From positions 1 to 22,934 of the forward strand of contig JBJCIZ010001617.1 of assembly GCA_051294375.1 (NCBI GenBank): a stretch of 22,934 bases of DNA. Reading direction: 5' to 3'. A program made the translations under genes and the position numbers. Under the pieces are notes generated by a model. That model made no database searches and was not told the origin of the DNA. It saw only the letters and a program-made list of their open reading frames with translations. This document shows positions 8,512-19,848 of this stretch, piece by piece. The stretch is from Paraspadella gotoi. Taxonomy: Eukaryota > Animalia > Chaetognatha. Every line of letters begins with the position of its first letter. The first letter of the stretch is position 1.

Positions 8512-11500
8512 AGCGTCAAGCGATTTGCTTTACATCCGGGACTCCAACGATAGGAGAAAATGGCTGGTGGATGGCGGGGCGTTGCTTTCGATCATTCCCC
8601 CGACCCGTGAGCAGAAAGAACGCGGCCCTGATCCGGAAATGAGATTGCAAGCGGCAAACGGATCTCCGATTAACTGCTATGGAAGAGTAATGAAGACCGT
8701 AACCTTGGGGAAACGCCAATTCGAATATGAATTCATTGTAGCAGACGTTACACAGAATATACTTGGCGCAGACTTTCTCGCGGAGAACTTTTTAGCTCCA
8801 AACCATCGAGACGGCCTTCTCATGGATCTACAAGATTATTCAACCATTGCAGCATCGATATCCTCCGAAACAACTATGCATGTCAATTTCGTGGACAGAA
8901 AGGGAGAAAAGTTTTATAAGCTCCTCGAGTCGTTTCCATCACTCTCAACCCCAACATTTGAACTGAAAGAACCAAAACATGGGGTAACTCATTCGATACC
9001 CACAGAAGGTCGACCCTGCCAATCGAGGGCACGTAGACTCGACCCAGAGAAACTGGCGGTAGCTAAGAGAGAGTTAGAGAAGATGGTCTCATTGGGAATC
9101 GCAAAGCGAGGAAAATCTGAGTGGTCGTCGCCGCTACACGTCGTGAGCAAGCCTGACGGCGGCTGGCGATGCTGCGGCGACTACAGGCGCCTAAACACTC
9201 AGACAATAGACGACAAGTATCCAGTGAAGCTACTAACAGACTTCAATGCGGAACTCGAAGGCAAGACGATATTCTCAAAGATCGACTTGTTAAAAGGGTA
9301 TCACCAAATACCGGTTAATCCCGATGATGTAAAGAAAACCGCGGTGATAACACCCTTTGGACTGTACGTCTTTCCCCGCTGCCCGTTCGGCCTAAAAAAT
9401 GCAGGGCAGGACTTCCAGCGTCTCATGGATGAGATTCTGGGAGAAATCCCTCACACTTTCGTATATCTTGATGATATACTGGTCGCCTCATCTTCACCGG
9501 AGGAACACTTACAAGACCTCGAACGAGTCTTCAAGACTCTAGATGCCAACGGTTTGGTGGTCAACACCAAGAAGTGTCTGCTGGGTCAGGAATCACTGGA
9601 GTTCCTCGGATTTTTGGTTGACAAGAATGGAGTTCGACCCCTTCCGGAGAGAGTACAAACTCTTCAAGCAACCACGAGACCGACTACAGTCAAAGAACTG
9701 CAGCGATTCTTGGGAATGATAAATTATTATCGCCGATTTGTTCCTAAGGTTGCTCACAGATGCGCGCCGCTCTACGACGCCTTAAGCGGCAAACCAAAGG
9801 CGTTGAAATGGACAACGGAGTGTGAGGAAGCGTTTGAATCAATCAAACAAGGCTTAGTACAAGCAGCACTCTTGCATCACCCTCGAACAGGCGCACAGCT
9901 CTGCGTCACAACCGATGCATCAGATCACGCGGTAGGAGCGGTTCTCGAACAACGAGGACCAAAGGGTTGGGAACCGCTTGCCTTCTTCTCGGCGAAACTG
10001 GCAAAAAATCAAAGACTCTGGCCGCCTTTCGACCGAGAATTATTCGGCGCCTTCAGAGCAGTTCGCCATTTTCGGCATTGGATTGAAGGAAGGAATTTCA
10101 CAATCTACACCGACCACCAAAGCTTGATACCGGCTATCAAAAAGAAATCGGAGCCTCAAACTGCTCGCCAGGCCTACCAGCTGTCGGTGATCGCAGAATT
10201 CACCACGGATATCAGATACTTAAAAGGAAAGGCAAATGTAGTAGCGGACGCCTTATCGCGTCCAAATGCTGCATCATCAACAACTCCGCAACAGCAATCG
10301 AATATCCCGCCAACCGCATCACCACAGCAACCAACGGAAAACGAAGCGGAGATCTCAACAACCCAAGCGACCCAAATCGTCAACGTCGACGAGAAACTCG
10401 AAGAGAAAATTGAGAGGCCGATCAAACAAAATCGACTCGAAGACGCCGAGGCCGTAATAGCCTCACTCACAACCTTCGACGTTGACTTCGAACAAATGGC
10501 GAGAGAGCAACGCCTCGACGCCGATTTCCAGAAGATTTCCGAGGATGCAAGAACCGGTTTGACTTTCAGAAAAATCCAAGTCGGCAACGAACAGCTTCTA
10601 GCAGATGTTTCAAACGGCCCCGCTCGCCCGTTTGTTCCTGCAGCTTGGCGCCGTAAAATCTTCGACGTAATACACGGCCTCGGCCATCCAGGCGTCGAAG
10701 CCACACGTAAAGCGATAACGTCAAAATTCGTCTGGACAAATATGAAGCAGGATATCAGCAAATGGGCAAGAGACTGTATTGATTGCCAGCGAGCTAAAGT
10801 AACTCGACATGTAGTGCCCGAGATTGGTGATTTTAAAATCCCACCTCGAAGGTTTCAACACATAAATCTGGATCTAGTAAAGATGCCAAATTCAAACGGA
10901 TTTAAACATTTGCTTACAATAGTAGACCGCTTCTCAAGGTGGCCAACTGCGATACCAATCAAGGATACGCTTACAACAACAATTCTTGATGCCCTCAGCC
11001 ACCAATGGATAAGCTCCTTCGGAACTCCAGCAGTAATTACCACAGATCGTGGAACCCAATTTTATTCGGCACTATGGAGACAGCTTACCAGGCAATGGGG
11101 AATAAAGCATCAGCCAACAACCGCATATCACCCACAGGCCAACGGCCTAGTAGAACGGTTTCATCGAAGGCTGAAAGAATCCCTCATTGCGTTGGCCAGA
11201 GACGAACGCGAAAATTGGTACTGGAAGTTGCCTTTAACATTACTTGCAATTCGTACTACCGTGAAGGAAGATATCGGCGCCTCAGCGGCCGATTTAGTAT
11301 TCGGTGAAGGGATCAACGTCCCCGGCGGCATGCTTGGCGACGCCCAAAACGACAACGCGGAGTTACAGCGTCAACGTCAACGTCAATTAGCCAGTCTCAG
11401 AGTTGAAGTTGCTCGTTTACAACCGACGTCAACGTCCGCCCACCGACAACCGACAATCCATCTTCCGGCCAATTTGGAATCCGCGCAATACGTTTTCGTA

Positions 11501-12190
11501 CGAAAGGCAGGCGTTAATCCACCACTAATCCCGCCATATGAAGGGCCCTTCCGCGTTATCAGTCGCAACGGCCTCAATATGACAATCGACATTCCCAGCA
11601 CCGGCCACAAAACCGTCAATATTGCACGGGTGAAGCCGGCATGGATCAGCGAGGACTTGGAGGACGTCATCGAATCGGAGACACGCCCACGGCGACGCCC
11701 AGGCCGCCCGCCAGGCCCGAGAACGCGAACGCCGGCGCCAACAACAAGAGAAACAAGATCCATGACTCGACGCGCCGCTTTGCGTCCTCCTCCTCCTCCT
11801 CCTTCTCCTCCTCCTCTTCCCCCCATCCCCTCTTCACCCCAACACCCCCTGTCTACCCTCGACCCACTCACACCTTCCCAACGCTTTTTCCTCCCATCTT
11901 CCCCTTCTCCCGACCTTCTCCGCTCACCATCTCCAACCTCAATAAATAACATCATCAACGACGAAGAAAGAAATAATGAGCCAACGTGGAGGTCTCCAAA
12001 ACTGATAGCGGAGAATTTTTCGAAAAAGCAAAGTCGCCAAACGAATAACGAGAACAACAACAACGACAACAACAATCGGCCAACTTACGCTGTTGTGCTA
12101 AGAGAAATGCTTCTCCGACAAAAAGAAGACAACGAAGAAAAGAAAGAAAAAGGAGACGAAAATAACGACGAAATATCCTTGTTGCTCTAG
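8477..12190 (+). CDS. pol: Pol polyprotein (protease, reverse transcriptase, RNase H, integrase), probably made as Gag-Pol
   Basis: PR LVDGGA...ILGADFL; RT DYRRLN, KIDLLKGYHQIP, PFGLKNA, YLDD (9464-9475); RH TDASD, YTDH, NVVADALSR; IN H-x3-H...C-x2-C, TDRGTQF, NGLVERFH, PYEGPF. Frame is open from 8450, and the GTG at 8477 is probably not a real start. Confidence 0.97.
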   Translation: MNAVPQQQTRSPASSDLLYIRDSNDRRKWLVDGGALLSIIPPTREQKERGPDPEMRLQAANGSPINCYGRVMKTVTLGKRQFEYEFIVADVTQNILGADFLAENFLAPNHRDGLLMDLQDYSTIAASISSETTMHVNFVDRKGEKFYKLLESFPSLSTPTFELKEPKHGVTHSIPTEGRPCQSRARRLDPEKLAVAKRELEKMVSLGIAKRGKSEWSSPLHVVSKPDGGWRCCGDYRRLNTQTIDDKYPVKLLTDFNAELEGKTIFSKIDLLKGYHQIPVNPDDVKKTAVITPFGLYVFPRCPFGLKNAGQDFQRLMDEILGEIPHTFVYLDDILVASSSPEEHLQDLERVFKTLDANGLVVNTKKCLLGQESLEFLGFLVDKNGVRPLPERVQTLQATTRPTTVKELQRFLGMINYYRRFVPKVAHRCAPLYDALSGKPKALKWTTECEEAFESIKQGLVQAALLHHPRTGAQLCVTTDASDHAVGAVLEQRGPKGWEPLAFFSAKLAKNQRLWPPFDRELFGAFRAVRHFRHWIEGRNFTIYTDHQSLIPAIKKKSEPQTARQAYQLSVIAEFTTDIRYLKGKANVVADALSRPNAASSTTPQQQSNIPPTASPQQPTENEAEISTTQATQIVNVDEKLEEKIERPIKQNRLEDAEAVIASLTTFDVDFEQMAREQRLDADFQKISEDARTGLTFRKIQVGNEQLLADVSNGPARPFVPAAWRRKIFDVIHGLGHPGVEATRKAITSKFVWTNMKQDISKWARDCIDCQRAKVTRHVVPEIGDFKIPPRRFQHINLDLVKMPNSNGFKHLLTIVDRFSRWPTAIPIKDTLTTTILDALSHQWISSFGTPAVITTDRGTQFYSALWRQLTRQWGIKHQPTTAYHPQANGLVERFHRRLKESLIALARDERENWYWKLPLTLLAIRTTVKEDIGASAADLVFGEGINVPGGMLGDAQNDNAELQRQRQRQLASLRVEVARLQPTSTSAHRQPTIHLPANLESAQYVFVRKAGVNPPLIPPYEGPFRVISRNGLNMTIDIPSTGHKTVNIARVKPAWISEDLEDVIESETRPRRRPGRPPGPRTRTPAPTTRETRSMTRRAALRPPPPPPSPPPLPPIPSSPQHPLSTLDPLTPSQRFFLPSSPSPDLLRSPSPTSINNIINDEERNNEPTWRSPKLIAENFSKKQSRQTNNENNNNDNNNRPTYAVVLREMLLRQKEDNEEKKEKGDENNDEISLLL

Positions 12191-12447
12191 TCAACAGCCG
12201 GAGTCTGAGTTTCCTTTGTCGTCCTGCATCAACCTACACGAAAACTCCGACTGTTGACGTTACAGTTACCTTGTATTATTATATTGGATTTTAGAAATTT
12301 TGTAGTTTTGAATATTTTAAGAATCATTCAATAGTTTATTTATTAATTGTATATACCCGATGTATATATTTGTTTTTATATTTATAACATACTTTAGAAA
12401 CGAGTGTCAACAATATTATTGAAATTATTTAACCCATATATTTCAAC

Positions 12448-12454
12448 AGGGGGG
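12448..12454 (+). promoter_or_regulatory. Polypurine tract (PPT)
   Basis: AGGGGGG followed by CG and then the LTR start TGTAGCC. Confidence 0.85.
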
Positions 12455-12456
12455 CG

Positions 12457-12496
12457 TGTAGCCACCTCGATCAAATTAATTTCTATATAAAAATAA
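12457..12496 (+). repeat. Truncated 3' LTR of copy 1 (first 40 bp only)
   Basis: TGTAGCCACC...TATATAAAAATAA continues as CTTATAG instead of the LTR's TTCATCC. Confidence 0.9.
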
Positions 12497-12932
12497 CTTA
12501 TAGAAATACATAACTCGATTTTTTTTACAATTTTGGAAAACAATTTTGGCTAATCTTTTAGATCTTCCTCATCAATTCAGTCTTCAATCAGAAATCTCCA
12601 ACTTCTCAAATCCTCGTAGAAACAACAACAGCAAACACACAAACCAAGCTCACACAAACACAATCACACACACGAAGAGGACCTCGTCTCAATGAAGAAG
12701 ATTTCGCTTCGTCAGCGAAGACGAATCTAAAGAAAAAAAAAAAACTTTGACGATAAAATATTCAGGAAAATGCAAAGAGCAGACGATGTAGCAATAGAAT
12801 TGAGGTCGTCGGCGCGCGAGAACGAGACGGAAAAGAGGTCGTGTAGGGCGCGGAAAAAATGGGACGCACCACGACTCGAGACTGAATTGAGACCAGCACC
12901 CGGAGTGTTTATAGAAAACTAATCGAAACTGG

Positions 12933-12964
<32 letters not shown>

Positions 12965-13276
12965 AGAGAGAAAATATCGGAACGAGGAAATAAAAAGGCA
13001 AAAAGGAGAAATGTGAAAAAAACGACAAAAAATATTGATTTCTGAATTATTTCCTGTCTCAAACGTAAAAATATAACAAATGAAATAAAAAAATAAGAAT
13101 CATTTTTTGCAGTTTTTTTTCAGTCATTTTGTGATTTTTTGATCGTCGATGATTTTCGAATCGATGTTGATCACGTGATAATTAGAGCGTTTGAAAAATA
13201 ACAAATATAACAAATCAAGTGAGGTACATAGCTATTTTTAGTGTAATGTATCTGTAGAATTCGATGGTGATGACCA

Positions 13277-13530
13277 TTTTTTTTTGTATATTTTATCTTT
13301 CTTGTCGAAAATAAGGGTTTTTAATGTATATAAAATTATTAAAAACCATTATAAGTTATATGATAAATCAAATTATTAAAATTTTATAAAATTTATATGA
13401 GCTTTGAAATATAAAAATAAAATTATAAAAATTTTGTAAGTTTATTTCTAAATTTTATGTTTTATAAAAAGTTAGTTAACTAAATTTATTAATAATTAAT
13501 GAGGTAAAAAATTAGGCTAAAGTTAAAAGA
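13277..13530 (+). repeat. Left copy of ~255-bp AT-rich direct repeat flanking element copy 2
   Basis: Colinear with 20798-21060 through shared anchors TTTTGTATA, CTTGTCG, ATCAAATTATTAA, TTTATATGAGCTT, GTAAGTTTATTT, CTAAAGT. Confidence 0.85.
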
Positions 13531-14030
13531 TGTAGCACCTCGATCAAATTAATTTCTATATAAAATAATTCATGCCGCTCCCGGAGTTGAACCCGGGAAT
13601 CAAAGACTTGGGATGCCTTGACGAGCGACCTGGGCCAAACCAGTCAACTACCAAATACTCAACTCGAATCCTTACTTAAACCTTTAATGGATTATCAAGA
13701 CTTTTGTCTTCTCCCAAGGGATCACACCAAATTCAACACAAGATGTCACTATGAATTATTATTTTGTTTATGATTGCCTTCCTTATTATTGATTGTAAAC
13801 TGATTCATTCAGTCTGGCTTTTACTCTCAAAAAAAGAATAAACCTGATCTAAAACTTTATTCTTCATGTTTTATAAGTTCCAACAAATTTTGTAAAATAA
13901 TACATTAATGCTATGAGAAATTAGAACAGTCTAATCATTAAGCACCAACGTAAGCGCTCCCTGCGCTCCGGATCCTTAAGTGATGAATCACCAAGTCTCA
14001 CGATCTTAGAACCTAACTCACCTTGCCACA
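13531..14030 (+). repeat. 5' LTR of copy 2
   Basis: TGTAGCACC...CCTTGCCACA followed by the PBS. Confidence 0.93.
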
Positions 14031-14048
14031 TGGTCAGCCCAACGCAGA
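14031..14048 (+). promoter_or_regulatory. PBS of copy 2
   Basis: TGGTCAGCCCAACGCAGA, identical to 7213-7230. Confidence 0.8.
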
Positions 14049-14217
14049 ATCAAACACAACTTCCAAACGGGCAACGGATCATCCAACCACTCTGAGGTAA
14101 GATTGGATGGAGGATGAGGGATTAAGCGATAACATCCATATCCGCTAACACCCTTTCCTTCACTGCCCCAATCTCCACGTCCACCAACCGGGCCCACGAC
14201 GCGAGGAGAAAAGCAGA

Positions 14218-15421
14218 ATGACAAGCCAAGAACATCAATATACGCCTTCGCTCCTCTCAACGCGACTCCAGCCGGACGCTCGAGCAGACGCAGGTCAACC
14301 CTCCCAAGTCCCTTAGGCCTTCGGAGCCGACATCGATCAAAGATCGCACGTCGGCCAGTAGATGGCTTGCTAAGCTGCCCAGGACTCCCAACGTTCGACT
14401 TTCACAAGGGAATCGACGCCTAGCAATATTCGTAAACAATCACGTACCGAACATGGTGACTGTGCGCCACAAGAAAAGGGAGCTTCGCGGGGAAAATGAC
14501 GAGGAGCTTCTGCGCAGCTTTGGCCGGGGAGCGGACGCGCCGCCCCTGGAGACGAGCTTATCCCAGCAAGAACAACCCGACCTTAGGCCGGAATTTCGAC
14601 ACTCCAATTATCGACGATCTGGATCAGGCGAAGGTCGAATCCCGCCTATACCTCGGGCAGGAATCGTCCAGTCCCAGAGAAGCAAATTCCGCGAGCCATT
14701 CTCGAAATCAAAGACGTTGGCGTTAAGGTTGGATCGACCCATCAACCAGCTTTCTTCTTCGGGGCGATGCACACGGAATGAACCGGTGGAAAACACAGTT
14801 CCTCCATACTTTAGAGAAAAGAATATGGATTATCCTCGCCGACAAACCAAGCTGACTTTCCTTCTCGGATCCTTTTCCGACTTTCCGACAGGCGTTAAAC
14901 CCATGCAAAAAATGCTAGCACAAATTGACAGAAAAAACAAAAGACAGCTTAATCTCGATGACGTTCGATGACAAGAAAAATTCATTCGAGAACCTTCCAA
15001 CCGAATACCGACGTCAATCTGGAAGGATAAGGCCGAGGACTTATCACGCAAAAAGATCTGTGCCAGCCTGGCTAGATCACACAACGTTTTCCGATATCTG
15101 AAGGAAATCTCAAGATTCGACACAGCTTAAAGCTCTCCCATTCGTCAAACTACACATCGAAGAGAATCCAGCGGAGAGGCGTCAACAATCGACATCGGGA
15201 TGAAGACGACGCCATCAACGCCCTCGGCAAATTCCAGAAGCGGAACTACAATGAAAAAGAAGTCGAATCCAGCGAAAGAGAAAAGAAGCCAAAGCTAATG
15301 ACTATCTGCAGCAAACACGTACGATCGAGAGGACGCCTGGTCCTGTGAACCAGGCTGTGCTAAATACGAGAGACTCAGAAACGGCGTGAGGAAAACGCCA
15401 AAGGGGGAACGCCGGCGGTGA
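14218..15421 (+). pseudogene. gag: gag of copy 2, frameshifted as read (probably sequencing error)
   Basis: Colinear with 7401-8480 but about 120 nt longer from scattered insertions. Peptide remnants RELRGEN, RAGIV, LNLDDVR. Confidence 0.8.
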
Positions 15422-18400
15422 ACGCCGGTTCCCCAACAGCAAACACGTTCACCAGCGTCAAGCGATTTGCTTTACATCCGGGACTCCAACGATAGGAGAA
15501 ATGGCTGGTGGATGGCGGGGCGTTCTTTCGATCATTCCCCGACCCGTTGAGCAGAAAGAACGCGGCCCTGATCCGGAAATGAGATTGCAAGCGGCAAACG
15601 GATCTCCGATAACTGCTATGGAAGAGTAATGAAGACCGTAACCTGGGGAACGCCATAATTCGAATATGAATTCCATTGTAGCAGACGTTACACAGAATAT
15701 ACCTTGGCGCAGAACTTTCTCGCGGAGAACTTTTTAGCTCCCAAACCATCGAGACGGGCCTTCTCATGGATCTACAAGATTATTCAACCATTGCAGCATC
15801 GATATCCTCCGAAACAACTATGCATGTCAATTTCGTGGACAGAATGGGAGAAAAGTTTTATAAGCTCCTCGAGTCGTTTCCATCACTCTCAACCCCAACA
15901 TTTGAACTGAAGAACCAAAACATGGGTAACTCATTCGATACCCACAGAAGGTCGACCTGCAATCGAGGGCACGTAGACTCGACCCAGAGAAACTGGGCGG
16001 TAGCTAGAGAGAGTTAGAGAAATGGTCTCATTGGGAATCGCAAAGCGAGGAAAATCTGAGTGGTCGTCGCCGCTACACGTCGTGAGCAAGCCTGACGGCG
16101 GCTGCGATGCTGCGGCGACTACAGGCGCCTAAACACTCAGACAATAGACGACAAGTATCCAGTGAAGCTACTAACAGACTTCAATGCGGAACTCGAAGGC
16201 AAGAACGATATTCTCAAAGATCGGACTTGTTAAAAGGTATCTACCAAATACCGGTTAATCCCGATGATGTAAAGAAAACCGCGGTGATAACACCCTTCTG
16301 GACTGTACGTCTTTCCCCGCTGCCCGTTCGGCCTAAAAAAATGCAGGGCAGGACTTCCAGCGTCTCATGGATGAGATTCTGGGAGAAATCCTCACACTTT
16401 CGTATATCTTGATGATATACTGGTCCCCTCATCTTCACCGGAGGAACACTTACAAGACCTCGACGAGTCTTACAAGACTCTAGATGCCAACGGTTTGGTG
16501 GTCAACACCAAGAAGTGTCTGCTGGGTCAGGAATCACTGGAGTTCCTCGGATTTTTGGTTGACAAGAATGGATTCGACCCTTCCGGAGAGAGTACAAACT
16601 CTTCAAGCAACCACGAGACCGACTACAGTCAGAACTGCAGCGATTCTTGGAATGATAAATTATTATCGCCGATTTGTTCCTAAGGTTGCTCACAGATGCG
16701 CGCCGCTCTACGAGCCCTTAAGCGGCAAACCAAAGGCGTTGAATGGACAACGGAGTGTGAGGAAGCGTTTGAATCAATCAAACAAGGCTTAGTACAAGCA
16801 GCACTCTTGCATCACCTCGAACAGGCGCACAGCTCTGCGTCACAACCGATGCATCAGATCACGCGGTAGGAGCGGTTCTCGAACAACGAGGACCAAAGGG
16901 TTGGGAACCGCTTGCCTTCTTCTCGGCGAAACTGGCAAAAAATCAAAGACTCTGGCCGCCTTTCGACCGAGAATTATTCGGCGCCTTCAGAGCAGTTCGC
17001 CATTTTCGGCATTGGATTGAAGGAAGGAATTTCACAATCTACACCGACCACCAAGCTTGATACCGGCTATCAAAAGAAAATCGGAGCCTCAAACTGCTCG
17101 CCAGGCCTACCAGCTGTCGGTGATCGCAGAATTCACCACGGATATCAGATACTTAAAAGGAAAGGCAAATGTAGTAGCGGACGCCTTATCGCGTCCAAAT
17201 GCTGCATCATCAACAACTCCGCAACAGCAATCGAATATCCGCCAACCGCATCACCACAGCAACCAACGAAAACGAAGCGGAGATCTCAACAACCCAAGCG
17301 ACCCAAATCGTCAACGTCGACGAGAAACTCGAAGAGAAAATTGAGAGCCGATCAAACAAAATCGACTCGAAGACGCCGAGGCCGTAATAGCCTCACTCAC
17401 AACCTTCGACGTTGACTTCGAACAAATGGCGAGAGAGCAACGCCTCGACGCCGATTCCAGAAGATTTCCGAGGATGCAAGAACCGGTTTGACTTTCAGAA
17501 AAATCCAAGTCGGCAACGAACAGCTTCTAGCAGATGTTTCAAACGGCCCCGCTCGCCGTTTGTTCCTGCAGCTTGGCGCCGTAAAATCTTCGACGTAATA
17601 CACGGCCTCGGCCATCAGGCGTCGAAGCCACACGTAAAGCGATAACGTCAAAATTCGTCTGGACAAATATGAAGCAGGATATCAGCAAATGGGCAAGAGA
17701 CTGTTTGATTGCCAGCGAGCTAAGTAACTCGACATGTAGTGCCCGAGTTTGTGATTTTAAAATCCCAACCTCGAAGGTTTCAACACATAAATCTGGATCT
17801 AGTAAAATGCCAATTCAAACGGATTTAAACATTTGCTTACAATAGTAGACCGCTTCTCAAGGTGGCCAACTGCGATACAATCAAGGATACGCTTACAACA
17901 ACAATTCTTGATGCCCTCAGCCACCAATGGATAAGCTCCTTCGGAACTCCAGCAGTAATTACCACAGATCGTGGAACCCATTTTATTCGGCACTATGGAG
18001 ACAGCTTACCAGGCAATGGGGAATAAAGCATCAGCCAACAACCGCATATCACCCACAGGCCAACGGCCTAGTAGAACGGTTTCATCGAAGGCTGAAAGAA
18101 TCCCTCATTGCGTTGGCCAGAGACGAACGCGAAAATTGGTACTGGAAGTTGCCTTTAACATTACTTGCAATTCGTACTACCGTGAAGGAAGATATCGGCG
18201 CCTCAGCGGCCGATTTAGTATTCGGTGAAGGGATCAACGTCCCCGGCGGCATGCTTGGCGACGCCCAAAACGACAACGCGGAGTTACAGCGTCAACGTCA
18301 ACGTCAATTAGCCAGTCTCAGAGTTGAAGTTGCTCGTTTACAACCGACGTCAACGTCCGCCCACCGACAACGACAATCCATCTTCCGGCCAATTTGGAAT

Positions 18401-19099
18401 CCGCGCAATACGTTTTCGTACGAAAGGCAGGCGTTAATCCACCACTAATCCGCCATATGAAGGGCCCTTCCGCGTATCAGTCGCAACGGCCTCAATATGA
18501 CAATCGACATTCCCAGCACCGGCCACAAAACCGTCAATATTGCACGGGTGAAGCCGCATGGATCAGCGAGGACTTGGAGGACGTCATCGAATCGGAGACA
18601 CGCCACGGCGACGCCCAGGCCGCCCGCCAGGCCCGAGAACGCGAACGCCGGCGCCAACAACAAGAGAAACAAGATTCCATGACTCGACGCGCCGCTTTGC
18701 GTCCTCCTCCTCCTCCTCCCTTCTCCTCCTCTCTTCCCCCATCCCTCTTCACCCCAACACCCCCTGCTACCTCGACCCTCACACCTTCCCAACGCTTTTT
18801 CCTCCCATCTTCCCCTTCTCCCGACCTTCTCCGCTCACCATCTCCAACCTCAATAAATAACATCATCAACGACGAAGAAAGAAATAATGAGCCAACGTGG
18901 AGGTCTCCAAAACTGATAGCGAGAATTTTTCGAAAAAGCAAAGTCGCCAAACGAATAACGAGAACAACAACAACGACAACAACAATCGGCCAACTTACGC
19001 TGTTGGCTAAGAGAAATGCTTCTCCGACAAAAAGAAGACAACGAAGAAAAGAAAGAAAAAGGAGACGAAAATAACGACGAAATATCCTTGTTGCTCTAG
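15418..19099 (+). pseudogene. pol: pol of copy 2, frameshifted as read (probably sequencing error)
   Basis: ORF fragments carry peptides identical to copy 1 Pol (MDLQDYSTIAAS, GMINYYRRFVPK, NGLVERFHRRLKES). Stop TAG at 19097-19099. Confidence 0.85.
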
Positions 19100-19355
19100 T
19101 CAACAGCCGGAGTCTGAGTTTCCTTTGTCGTCCTGCATCAACCTACACGAAAACTCCGACTGTTGACGTTACAGTTACCTTGTATTATTATATTGGATTT
19201 AGAAATTTTGTAGTTTTGAATATTTTAAGAATCATTCAATAGTTTATTTATTTAATTGTATATACCCGAGTATATATTTGTTTTTATATTTATAACATAC
19301 TTTAGAAACGAGTGTCAACAATATTATTGAAATTATTTAACCCATATATTTCAAC

Positions 19356-19361
19356 AGGGGG
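19356..19361 (+). promoter_or_regulatory. PPT of copy 2
   Basis: AGGGGG-CG-TGTAGCC. Confidence 0.8.
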
Positions 19362-19363
19362 CG

Positions 19364-19848
19364 TGTAGCCACCTCGATCAAATTAATTTCTATATAAAAA
19401 TAATTCATCCGCTCCGGAGTTGAACCGGGATCAAAGACTTGGGATGCTTGACCGAGCGACCTGGCCAACCAGTCAACTACCAAAACTCAACTTCGAAATC
19501 CTTACTTAAACCTTTAATGGATTATCAAGACTTTTGTCTTCTCCAAGGATCACACCAAATTCAACACAAGATGTCACTATGAATTATTATTTTGTTAATG
19601 ATTGCCTCTTATTATTGATTGTAAACTGATTCATTTCAGTCTGGCTTTTACTCTCAAAAAGAATAACCTGATCTAAACTTATTCTTCAATGTTTTTAATT
19701 AAGTCTCACAAATGTAAATAATACATTATGCTACTGAGAAATTAAACAGTCTAATCATTAAGACCAACGTTAAGCCTTCCCTGCGCTCGGATCCTTAATG
19801 ATGAATCACCAAGTCTCACGATCTTAGAACCTCAACGTCACCTTGCCA
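19364..19848 (+). repeat. Internal (second) LTR of copy 2
   Basis: TGTAGCCACC...CCTTGCCA, joined directly to pol-tail sequence ACGTGAGGTCTCC. Confidence 0.92.

Larger units (their letters stand above)
6690..12496 (+). mobile_element. Ty3/Gypsy LTR retrotransposon, CsRn1-like, copy 1 (intact ORFs, truncated 3' LTR)
   Basis: Order LTR-PBS-gag-pol(PR-RT-RH-IN)-PPT-LTR start. Domain order is Ty3/Gypsy. CHCC Gag motif and GPF integrase motif are known CsRn1-clade features. Clade call not confirmed by phylogeny. Confidence 0.95.

Noticed and set aside
11383-12075. 230-aa antisense ORF, and the 195-aa ORF at 10174-10761
   Set aside because: Shadows of low-complexity parts of pol with no motifs.
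12191-12456. Possible env or third ORF
   Set aside because: Only about 265 bp of AT-rich UTR between the pol stop and the LTR.
12497-13530. Nested insertion splitting one shared LTR
   Set aside because: The LTR at 13531 restarts from nt 1 and does not resume at nt 41.
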